From an uncultured Candidatus Saccharibacteria bacterium (GTDB lineage Bacteria > Patescibacteriota > Saccharimonadia > Saccharimonadales > UBA10212), in assembly GCA_964514575.1 (NCBI GenBank), contig CAZETJ010000001.1:1-54013 (forward strand): a DNA stretch of 54,013 bases. Direction: 5' to 3'. The notes under the pieces are model-generated. The model had not been told where the DNA came from. It worked only from the letters and a program-made list of their open reading frames with translations, and searched no databases. The translations under genes and the position numbers were made by a program. This document shows positions 28,946 through 36,322 of the stretch, piece after piece; position 1 is the stretch's first letter; every line of letters begins with the position of its first letter.

Positions 28946-29695
28946 CTAACGGAAATCTTTTGGATCAGAGACTTTTTCTAAATGATCGCTCATGCCCAAA
29001 TAGACTTTGGGTAACTGGCCTTGGTCATTTTTATCGATATTCACCCACGTCAGAATATTCTCGTTAAGCAATCTGTCGATAATTGCCTTGGGTGGCAATT
29101 CAGACTCTGGTAAGTTGAAATTAATACAGGCGATCCGGCCTTTTGCAACGTTAATAATTTGGTCAGCGATAGCTTCACCCTCTGCTTCTAGCCTAGCTTG
29201 AGTTAAGCCGCGGCACGACGCGATCAAAGGCACACCAGTCTCACGTCTGAGCTCAAGAACTTTATCGGTTGGCAGATCTTCGTATGGCCAATGTGGTTCA
29301 ACAGTTATCTCTGGCGGATAGGGCTTAAAAAGCAGGCCATCGATCCATGAATGGAACAGGCATTTATCGGCACCTTTTTTAAGAACAATTTCCTTGGCCC
29401 GCTCAATCGCCCGCTCATCTTTGCAGTCCAACACTAGATACAGGTCTGCTTCCTCGACTTTATGAATGACTTGGTCGAAGTCGAGGTTGTCAGGCGGTGG
29501 CAATTTTTTGAATTCATAAAAGCTCAGTGGATGTCCAATGAAAATCTGGCCATCTCCACCGACCGACATGTCAACCTCAAGACTTTTACCTACGGTTAGA
29601 GCTTCATCAAGAGTCAGCTGGTCAACAATGTGGGTATGAAAATAAACAAACGGTTTGTTCAGCTCAAAGATTTTTTCAACTGGGTTTTTCATCAT
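28946..29695 (-). CDS. PLC-like/GDPD-fold phosphodiesterase (Menorin/FAM151-like) candidate
   Basis: H.H...L.EAL..G.SLEVD......IFIGHP, LDCK; true start ATG 29695. The upstream part of the track ORF is the tRNA. Confidence 0.55.
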   Translation of the reverse strand: MMKNPVEKIFELNKPFVYFHTHIVDQLTLDEALTVGKSLEVDMSVGGDGQIFIGHPLSFYEFKKLPPPDNLDFDQVIHKVEEADLYLVLDCKDERAIERAKEIVLKKGADKCLFHSWIDGLLFKPYPPEITVEPHWPYEDLPTDKVLELRRETGVPLIASCRGLTQARLEAEGEAIADQIINVAKGRIACINFNLPESELPPKAIIDRLLNENILTWVNIDKNDQGQLPKVYLGMSDHLEKVSDPKDFR

Positions 29696-29700
29696 CGATT

Positions 29701-29791
29701 TGGCGGAGAGGGAGGGATTCGAACCCTCGATACCCTTGCGGGTAAACCGCCTTTCCAAGGCGGCGCCATAGACCAACTAGGCGACCTCTCC
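29701..29791 (-). tRNA. tRNA-Ser(GGA)
   Basis: Acceptor GGAGAGG/CCTCTCC, G73, encoded CCA, anticodon arm CCGCC-TTGGAAA-GGCGG, long variable arm, TTCGAAT. Confidence 0.97.
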
Positions 29792-29811
29792 TCGCGTAAT
29801 CATTTTAGCAA

Positions 29812-30834
29812 CTAGCCGAGTTCTTTTTTGAATTTCTCGACAATGTCGACCGGCGACGGATTGATACCGTTCAGCAGTGCCAGATAAATACTGACAAAAT
29901 CCCCGTATGCGATCACCCAAACCAGTTGCTCCAACAGAGTACCGCCCTGCACCGCTACTACATATGGTGCTGGACGTCGGCCCGACAACAGTTTCTCGCC
30001 AACCTCGAAACGTTTCTGAACGCGCGGATGTTCAAAGTTGGAGCGCAGTTCGATAATTGCGTAAGGCTTATGGATCGGATGGCTGGTCCAACCGCTTAGT
30101 TCGTTATGGTCAAACTCTGGCAGCTCGTTCCACCAAGCTACGTTCTTGGCGTTTTCGTTGAAATTAATCTTCCATTTATAAGCCGCTGGCGCCATCAATG
30201 GGCCGCCATAAACAGCAACCGATTTACCGGCCAACTCTTCAGCTAAACGTTTGGCCGGGTTCTCTTTAGTAGGACCTGTTGGCAACCAAGCTTCGACCGA
30301 TTTTTTCAAAAAATCGGTCGTCTTAACCAGTTCTTCAACTTTCCCATCTGTTAAACCGGCCTTTTCTAAAATTGTAGCCAACGCTTTTAGGCTGGCTAAG
30401 ACGGCAAAGCGCGGCTGTTTGGTGTCGGGCAACGCCAATGCCGGATAGTTTTTGGCTTTGGCAATCTCGCTCAATTTACCGCCTTGGCTGATAATCACGA
30501 CCGTGGCCTTTTTTGCCTCGGCTTCGGCTAACGTTGACAGTATTTCTTCGGTATTTCCGGAGTAACTGGAAGCAATGAATAAAGTTTTTTCCGAAACATA
30601 TTTCGGAATATCGTAGCGGCGGCAGATTTCGAAAGGTACGTTGATACCTGGCCAACTGCGGGCCACTAAGGCCGCCAAAGCCGAGCCGCCCATACCGGCG
30701 TAAACGACATTAGCAAAACCTGAACCGAGTTCAGGTTTATCAAATTGGTGCCCCAACTGCTCTGCCTGGTGCTCAGCGATTCCCAAAGCGTCCTGGCCAT
30801 CGCGGTGATGGATATATTTAAGATCGTCTAACAC
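29812..30834 (-). CDS. Bifunctional phosphoglucose/phosphomannose isomerase (archaeal-type SIS)
   Basis: GMGGS, SSYSGNTEE, QPR, KW.INFNENAK, PE.DHNE. Confidence 0.92.
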   Translation of the reverse strand: MLDDLKYIHHRDGQDALGIAEHQAEQLGHQFDKPELGSGFANVVYAGMGGSALAALVARSWPGINVPFEICRRYDIPKYVSEKTLFIASSYSGNTEEILSTLAEAEAKKATVVIISQGGKLSEIAKAKNYPALALPDTKQPRFAVLASLKALATILEKAGLTDGKVEELVKTTDFLKKSVEAWLPTGPTKENPAKRLAEELAGKSVAVYGGPLMAPAAYKWKINFNENAKNVAWWNELPEFDHNELSGWTSHPIHKPYAIIELRSNFEHPRVQKRFEVGEKLLSGRRPAPYVVAVQGGTLLEQLVWVIAYGDFVSIYLALLNGINPSPVDIVEKFKKELG

Positions 30835-30867
30835 TACTTATATTGTAGCGTAAGCGGGATTAGAGAT

Positions 30868-31341
30868 TTATCGACGAGAACGGACGAAAGCGTGCGCACT
30901 GCCGGCCGCTAAGCTGGTCAGCAAGAAGACGGCTAGAACATTGCCTGGGCCGGTGTTAGCCAGCTGGGTGGGCTGTTGGGCTGTTGAACCGCCAGTTGAT
31001 TTTTGAGTTGTGGAGCTATTAGAACTTGGTGTGTTTTTAGCCGTAGAGTTGCTGGCTGTGTTTGAACCCGCTCCCGCACCTTTGACTGACGCAGTAGTGA
31101 TAGTTCCGGTTTTGTGATTAAGGTCGTGATGGTGAATACTGCGGCCAATTACTATGCCAGCGATTATCAGAATTACGGCTAGACCAGCCAAGGCTGGGAT
31201 GCTAACAAAGCGGCGCCAATTCAATTTCTTCGGACTAAATCTAAAATTGCGAGGCGTTTTTACGGTCTCAATTTCGTGATCATCAATAACTTCTTCGTGA
31301 TCTTCGATAGGCGGACGCCTAAAGCGTTCAATTACAGACAT
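30868..31341 (-). CDS. Membrane protein with S/T-rich linker and C-terminal LANTG sortase-like signal
   Basis: N-terminal TM, low-complexity linker, QLANTGP + hydrophobic helix + RSRR. Confidence 0.75.
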   Translation of the reverse strand: MSVIERFRRPPIEDHEEVIDDHEIETVKTPRNFRFSPKKLNWRRFVSIPALAGLAVILIIAGIVIGRSIHHHDLNHKTGTITTASVKGAGAGSNTASNSTAKNTPSSNSSTTQKSTGGSTAQQPTQLANTGPGNVLAVFLLTSLAAGSAHAFVRSRR

Positions 31342-31401
31342 AACAAATCTCCCTAATAGCCCGACTATATCATATTTTGCGTGATTGACAAATAAGTAGG
31401 C

Positions 31402-33042
31402 TTACATCATGTCCATGCCGCCGCCCATAGCAGGCGAGGCAGGTGGATTCTTTTCGGGAACATCGGTTACCAGCGCGCCCATGGTCATGGCCGTTCCGGC
31501 AATTGAAACCGCGTTTTGGATCACTTCTTTAACGACACGAGTTGGATCAACTATGCCCTTTTCTTTAAGACTTACTAGCGCCTCTGGACTGTTCACGTCA
31601 AAGCCTGTTCCGGCCTTGGATTCCATAACTTTCTCGAGCTTGGCCTCAGCGTTCAGTCCCGCATTGTTCATGAGTTGCTTGAAGGGCTCGACTAGCGCAT
31701 TCTTGAGAATCCCTGCCCCAGCGGCATTAGAGCTAGCACCATCGACTTTAATGAACTTAGACAGATCAACCAATGTGACGCCACCGCCCGGCACAACGCC
31801 CTCTTCCAAAGCTGCTTTAACGGCATGGACAGCGTCATCAACACGGAATTTCTTCTCTTCGATCTCGGTCTCGGTCGCACCGCCAACTTTGATAACGGCA
31901 ACTTTGCCGGACAATGCGGCTCGGCGCTTCTCCAGTTGCTCGCGGTCGTACTCGCTAGAGGCGCTTTCGGCTTGTTTATTAATCTGGGCAACCCGCGCCT
32001 TAACGGCTGCGGCCGAACCAGAACCTTCCACAATCGTAGTTTCGTCTTTTGTAACGATGACTTTGCGGGCGCTACCAATTACTGACAGTTCAGCATTTTC
32101 AAAAGTCATTCCGGTATCCTCGGTAATAACTTCGCCGCCCGTCAAAATAGCGATATCCGCCAAAACTTCCTTTCGGCGGTCGCCAAAGCCTGGAGCCTTG
32201 ATAGCCACCGTGTTAAACACGCCCTTAAGGCGGTTAAGGATTAACGTTCCCAAAGCTTCACCATCAACGTCTTCAGCGATAATGACTAGATCTTTCTTGC
32301 CGCTCCCCGCCAGTTTTTCCAGCATTGGCAAAAAGTCCTGAACAGAGCTAATTTTTTGGTCGGTGATTAAAATTGCCGGCTTTTCATAAACTGCTTCCAT
32401 GCGGGCAGTGTCAGTCACCATGTACGGACTAATGTAGCCGCGGTCGGTAGTAAAGCCCTCGACCACTTCGCTTTCCATGCTCAAGCCCTGGCCTTCTTCA
32501 ACGGTCACGACACCATCTTTGCCGACTTTTTCCATAACCTCAGCAATTAATGTTCCGATCTGTTCATCGCCTGCGCTAATCGTGGCGACTTCGGCCACTC
32601 GACTTTTCTTGGAGCCGATATTTTCACTCAAGCTGCCCAATTTGGCCAGCACGTCAGTGGCGGCTGATTCCAAACCACGGCGCAGCAACATCGGGTTGTG
32701 GCCAGCGGCGATTAATTTATTGGCTTCATTCAAGATGTGATAGGTCAGTACAGTGACAGTGGTTGTGCCGTCGCCGGCAACATCGTTCATCTTGCTGGCG
32801 GCTTCTTTAATCAGCTCGGCGCCGACTTTGTAGCCTAGCGTTTCGTCGTCTTTATCTTCCAATTCGATACCTTTGGCGACCGTTACACCATCGTGTGTCA
32901 CGGTCGGATGCCCGTAGCTCTTGCTTATGATCACGTTTCGGCCCTTGGGACCCATCGTGGTCTTTACCGCGTTATATAAAACTTCCGCTCCGGCTAAAAT
33001 CCGGCGTCGGGCGTCGTCATCATAAAAAACTTTCTTAGCCAT
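31402..33042 (-). CDS. groL: Chaperonin GroEL
   Basis: GPKGRN, AGDGTTT, GGATETE, GGGMDMM tail. Confidence 0.99.
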   Translation of the reverse strand: MAKKVFYDDDARRRILAGAEVLYNAVKTTMGPKGRNVIISKSYGHPTVTHDGVTVAKGIELEDKDDETLGYKVGAELIKEAASKMNDVAGDGTTTVTVLTYHILNEANKLIAAGHNPMLLRRGLESAATDVLAKLGSLSENIGSKKSRVAEVATISAGDEQIGTLIAEVMEKVGKDGVVTVEEGQGLSMESEVVEGFTTDRGYISPYMVTDTARMEAVYEKPAILITDQKISSVQDFLPMLEKLAGSGKKDLVIIAEDVDGEALGTLILNRLKGVFNTVAIKAPGFGDRRKEVLADIAILTGGEVITEDTGMTFENAELSVIGSARKVIVTKDETTIVEGSGSAAAVKARVAQINKQAESASSEYDREQLEKRRAALSGKVAVIKVGGATETEIEEKKFRVDDAVHAVKAALEEGVVPGGGVTLVDLSKFIKVDGASSNAAGAGILKNALVEPFKQLMNNAGLNAEAKLEKVMESKAGTGFDVNSPEALVSLKEKGIVDPTRVVKEVIQNAVSIAGTAMTMGALVTDVPEKNPPASPAMGGGMDMM

Positions 33043-33165
33043 TTAATTTTTTCCTTTCCCTGATAATTTAGATTCGATTGATTCGAGCAATTTAATCATT
33101 TTATCCATCCGGCTGATAAGCCAGGCGAAGTTTAGTAAAAGGACAATCAGAATTATTAGTTCCAT
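33043..33165 (-). CDS. 40-aa single-TM microprotein between groES and groEL
   Basis: Hand translation MELIILIVLLLNFAWLISRMDKMIKLLESIESKLSGKGKN; ATG 1 nt after the groES TAG; TAA abuts the groEL ATG. Confidence 0.7.
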   Translation of the reverse strand: MELIILIVLLLNFAWLISRMDKMIKLLESIESKLSGKGKN

Positions 33166-33166
33166 A

Positions 33167-33430
33167 CTAGCCTTTCACAGTCGCTAAAATGTCTTCTTCT
33201 TTAACCAGAATGTACTCTTTGGCACCGATTTTTACTTCAGTCGTAGAGTAACTTTTGTAAACAATCTTGTCGCCGGCTTTAACGGCTTTAACATCCTTGC
33301 CAACTTTTAAAACTTTGGCAATCTTCGGTTTTTCGGCTGCTTTTTCGGGTAAGTAAAGACCGCTCGCGGTTTTGGACTGTGCCTCTTCCTGCTCGGCCAC
33401 GACCCAATCGGCCAATGGATTTAAATTCAC
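33167..33430 (-). CDS. groS: Co-chaperonin GroES
   Basis: PLAD.VV, KTASGLYLP, V.AGD...Y, E.DILA; GGAGG upstream of GTG. Confidence 0.98.
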   Translation of the reverse strand: MNLNPLADWVVAEQEEAQSKTASGLYLPEKAAEKPKIAKVLKVGKDVKAVKAGDKIVYKSYSTTEVKIGAKEYILVKEEDILATVKG

Positions 33431-33472
33431 TGTCTGATCCTCCCTAAATTCTTTTCACCAGTGTCTACCTAA

Positions 33473-33499
33473 CTGGCACTCATAATAGCCGAGTGCTAA
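33473..33499 (-). promoter_or_regulatory. CIRCE element (HrcA operator)
   Basis: Minus strand TTAGCACTC-N9-GAGTGCCAG versus consensus TTAGCACTC-N9-GAGTGCTAA; upstream of groES. Confidence 0.93.
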
Positions 33500-33511
33500 A
33501 AACTCTGTCAA
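33482..33511 (-). promoter_or_regulatory. Sigma-70 promoter of groESL
   Basis: TTGACA(33511-33506)-N18-TATTAT(33487-33482), with the -10 inside the CIRCE spacer. Confidence 0.7.
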
Positions 33512-33521
33512 GCGCATGCGT

Positions 33522-33549
33522 TTTACAATTAAGATTTTCATTGTATAAT
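33522..33549 (+). promoter_or_regulatory. Sigma-70 promoter reading into the GC-rich insert
   Basis: TTTACA(33522)-N16-TATAAT(33544). Confidence 0.6.
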
Positions 33550-33609
33550 CCAGAGGTTCCTATCATTCGACCGACCGCCGCAAGCGGTCGATGAAGGGAG
33601 GGCGCTGTC

Positions 33610-33978
33610 TTGGCATCCGAGACAGTCAGGGTCGTGTGCGTCGATAAGCGTGCGTACGAGCTCCGGCATCGTCCATGGAGAAACGAGATCATCGCGGTCT
33701 CGCCGAACCCGTCGGACGAAGTTCGTGACAAGAGGTTCTCGCGTAAACTACGCGAGAACCTCCACGGCACCGGTTTCGGCTACGACTCGCGCTGGCAGAC
33801 CTTCAAGGTCGACGGCTTCGAGCAGATCAGCTTCGCCGTCTTCTCGATTCCGCCGCGCCTGCGCGGTCGGCACTTGTCCGCGGAGGTCATGCTGGACACC
33901 CTCGAGGCGAGATTCCGCCAGAGCTTCAGGGAGCCCGTCGTCTCGAGATCGCCACGCGCCACCCTGGTCGCCGCCTAG
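33610..33978 (+). CDS. Orphan 122-aa protein with foreign codon usage
   Basis: GGAGG 8 nt before TTG; only 20 of 122 codons end in A/T (GC3 about 84%), which picks this frame over the other open frames. Confidence 0.7.
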   Translation: MASETVRVVCVDKRAYELRHRPWRNEIIAVSPNPSDEVRDKRFSRKLRENLHGTGFGYDSRWQTFKVDGFEQISFAVFSIPPRLRGRHLSAEVMLDTLEARFRQSFREPVVSRSPRATLVAA

Positions 33979-34047
33979 CCGCACCTTCACGAAAAGATTC
34001 GGGCGAAAACGCTCGATAGGCGGGCTCAAATCCCGCCGGCGCATCCA
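33955..34047 (+). ncRNA. Degenerate tRNA/tmRNA-like module
   Basis: T-arm GCGGG-CTCAAAT-CCCGC followed by exactly 7 nt + T + CCA; 7-bp variable-arm-like hairpin; partial acceptor and D stems; anticodon arm poor. Confidence 0.4.
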
Positions 34048-34214
34048 AGTGCTCACCCTCCTGCTTGGTGCGTGTATCGCCTTCCTCCCTGCCTCGCGAA
34101 CGGGCCCGGCCTGATCAAGGCCGGGCCCACCGCGGGTCCGAACGATCGGAACAATGCCGCGTGTTCGCTCCTCATCCGAGCGAGCCGCGGCTCTTTTCAT
34201 TTATAATCAAACCC

Positions 34215-35012
34215 ATGTCCAAAAAGGTCCTGATGTGTCGGCCGACTTACTTCGATATCGAATACGAAATTAATCCTTGGATGCACCAGGACGACCAACC
34301 GGCTCAAGACTCAGTTGCTAACCAATGGCAAAAACTTTATAAGATTTACACCGAAAAGTTAGACTGGCAAGTTGAACTCATCGATCCGATCAAAGGCCTG
34401 CCGGATATGGTCTTTGCCACCGATTGCTGCCTGATGATTAAGGGTCAGGCCCTGCTCTCTTCCTTTCGGTATCCAGAGCGCCAGCCCGAAACCGGCTGGT
34501 TCGAAAAATGGTTCCATGCCCACGGTTATACAGAACTAAAGCAAGCTAAAAATTTCTTTGAGGGCGGCGGTGATACGTTACTGGCTGGTAAAAAAATTCT
34601 AGCCGGCCACGGTTTCCGCTCCAGCCCGGAAGCCTCTCAGGAACTCGAGGATTTTTTCAGACTGGAAGTCGTACCTCTAAGAATCGTCGATCCGCGGTTT
34701 TATCATCTGGATACTTCTCTATCCGTTCTGGCCGACGATACTATCGCTTTTTATCCACCAGCTTTGGATGCGGTCAGCCAGCAACGGTTACGAAACGCGA
34801 TTCCCAACATCATTGAAGCCACCGAGGAAGAAGCCATTGGCTTCGGCTTAAATGCCGTCAGCGACGGCCACACCATCATATGCTCCGATGCCTCGCAGAG
34901 CTTGCTTGATAAATACCGGCAAGCCGGCTTTGAAGTTATCGGTACGCCAATTTTAGAATTTCGAAAATCCGGCGGCGGGATCAAATGCCTGACGCTGGAT
35001 CTAGACCGCTGA
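34215..35012 (+). CDS. Amidinotransferase-family protein (DDAH/arginine deiminase fold)
   Basis: YEINPWM, PDMVF, FEGGGD, YHLDT, GGIKCL; start ATG 34215. Confidence 0.92.
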   Translation: MSKKVLMCRPTYFDIEYEINPWMHQDDQPAQDSVANQWQKLYKIYTEKLDWQVELIDPIKGLPDMVFATDCCLMIKGQALLSSFRYPERQPETGWFEKWFHAHGYTELKQAKNFFEGGGDTLLAGKKILAGHGFRSSPEASQELEDFFRLEVVPLRIVDPRFYHLDTSLSVLADDTIAFYPPALDAVSQQRLRNAIPNIIEATEEEAIGFGLNAVSDGHTIICSDASQSLLDKYRQAGFEVIGTPILEFRKSGGGIKCLTLDLDR

Positions 35013-36299
35013 TTTTAGAATTTGTTCAGCTACTTCCGATTCGTTCCAGGGGTGCTCGCCATCAACCCGCTCGATAGTTTTCTCGTGACCCTTGCCCAGC
35101 AGCAGTACTGTGTCGCCGGCTTTGGCTCGTCCAAAAGCGAACTTGATGGCTTCAGTCCGGTCGTGTATCAAAAACAAATTATTGTCCCGAAGCTTGCCAG
35201 CTTTTTCGGCGCCGCTGGCGATCTGTTCCATGATCGCGTGGCCGTCCTCATGACGATCATCCTCCTCCGTTATAACCAGCTCGTCGCAATATTTTCCAGC
35301 CAACTCGCCCTGCACCGCTCGTTTAGTTTTGTCACGTTCGCCGGCGGAGCCAAAGACTGTAATCAACTTGCCTTCGCTCACCGGCTTTAGATCGGCGAAT
35401 AATTTTTCGAAGCTGTCCGGAGTGTGCGCAAAGTCGACAATGACGTCAAATTCCTGGCCGGCGTTGATTCGGTTCATCCGGCCTTCGACATTTTGCAGCG
35501 CGGCAATGCCCTGCTCAATGTCGGCCGGCTTGACGCCTAAAGCCAATCCGACGCCCGCTGCAGCCAGCGCATTATAAACGTTAAAACTGCCCGGCAAGTT
35601 GGTTTTGATATGCAATTTTTGGTCGCCAAACCGAGCCTCGAACTCACTGCCAGCTGTTGTACTCTTCACATCACTAGCTTTAAGCTCGCCCTTCATCAAT
35701 CCATAAGTAATGGCCCGCCTGATATCATGCTGAAACAGCTCAGCTGATGGGTCGTCGGCGTTGATGACCCCTGTTCTGAGACCGTTGCGGTGACGATTTG
35801 TCAGTCTAAATAATTTGCGCTTGGCAGTCAGGTAGCGCTCGAATGTGCCGTGATAATCAAGGTGCTCGTGGGTCACGTTAGTCATGACCGCTAGGCTAAA
35901 TGGCACGCCCCAAACTCGGTTCTGGCCGAGTGCGTGCGAGGTCGTTTCTAGCACCAGCCAATCGATTTTCTGACGGCGCATAAAACGCAGTCGTTTCATT
36001 AGCTGCGGCACTGAGACGTTAGTCATGTGCTGGATCTGCGGCCGGATTTCTTCGCCCGCGCCGTAAGCCACGGTCGTCATTAGGCCAGCCTTGTAGCCGG
36101 CTTGGCTAAGAACTTTGTGAATCAAAAAGCTAGTCGTCGTCTTGCCGTTGGTGCCAGTCACGCCGATAACCTTCATCCCCCGAGCCGGAAAACCGTACAA
36201 TAAATTCAAAATTACCGCTTCGGCCAGATGTCCCCAGGGCTCGATTAGTCGAAATAGTCTGGTCGGTATAAACAGCTTGACCAGACGCCGGAAATTCAT
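35001..36299 (-). CDS. murE: UDP-N-acetylmuramoyl-dipeptide amino-acid ligase, CPR-type lacking the N-terminal domain
   Basis: GVTGTNGKTTT, LETTSH, NVTHEHLDYH, VDFAHTPD, GERDKTKR..G, LLGKGHE. Confidence 0.9.
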   Translation of the reverse strand: MNFRRLVKLFIPTRLFRLIEPWGHLAEAVILNLLYGFPARGMKVIGVTGTNGKTTTSFLIHKVLSQAGYKAGLMTTVAYGAGEEIRPQIQHMTNVSVPQLMKRLRFMRRQKIDWLVLETTSHALGQNRVWGVPFSLAVMTNVTHEHLDYHGTFERYLTAKRKLFRLTNRHRNGLRTGVINADDPSAELFQHDIRRAITYGLMKGELKASDVKSTTAGSEFEARFGDQKLHIKTNLPGSFNVYNALAAAGVGLALGVKPADIEQGIAALQNVEGRMNRINAGQEFDVIVDFAHTPDSFEKLFADLKPVSEGKLITVFGSAGERDKTKRAVQGELAGKYCDELVITEEDDRHEDGHAIMEQIASGAEKAGKLRDNNLFLIHDRTEAIKFAFGRAKAGDTVLLLGKGHEKTIERVDGEHPWNESEVAEQILKSAV

Positions 36300-36302
36300 A
36301 GC

Positions 36303-36316
36303 TACAGTATACTGTA
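36303..36316. promoter_or_regulatory. Perfect 14-bp palindrome giving a TATACT -10 on both strands
   Basis: TACAGTATACTGTA within the 23-nt gap between divergent murE and tsaD. Confidence 0.65.
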
Positions 36317-36322
36317 CAACTG

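Larger units (their letters stand above)
33564..34197. other. GC-rich, highly structured insert of probable foreign origin
   Basis: Three hand-counted 60-nt lines are 62, 68 and 77% GC versus 35% for a line in the downstream gene and 58% for a groEL line; many perfect hairpins; flanked by TTTTCATT(G)TATAATC near-repeats. Confidence 0.75.

Noticed and set aside
26638-29791. Redox cluster as an island integrated at tRNA-Ser(GGA)
   Set aside because: No duplicated tRNA 3' end (att) and no integrase were found on the far side; composition is not obviously different
31409-32341. 310-aa plus-strand ORF, and similar long antisense ORFs over pnp, DHH, mutM, rpoD and valS
   Set aside because: In-register shadows of conserved genes, Ser/Pro/Thr-rich with no motifs; a known codon-bias artefact
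33636-34047. Full-length tmRNA model using TGCGTCG (33636) as the 5' acceptor strand
   Set aside because: The 7-bp pairing and 412-nt span are tempting, but there is no G3:U70, no GG..TTCGAC D-loop and no room for pseudoknots after the stop. A 7-bp match with G:U is expected by chance at this GC.
33480-34200. Alternative ORFs in the GC-rich insert (33480-33770 -, 33650-34114 +, 33748-34200 -, 33780-33962 -)
   Set aside because: High GC suppresses stop codons; only the 33610 frame has an SD and strong third-position bias
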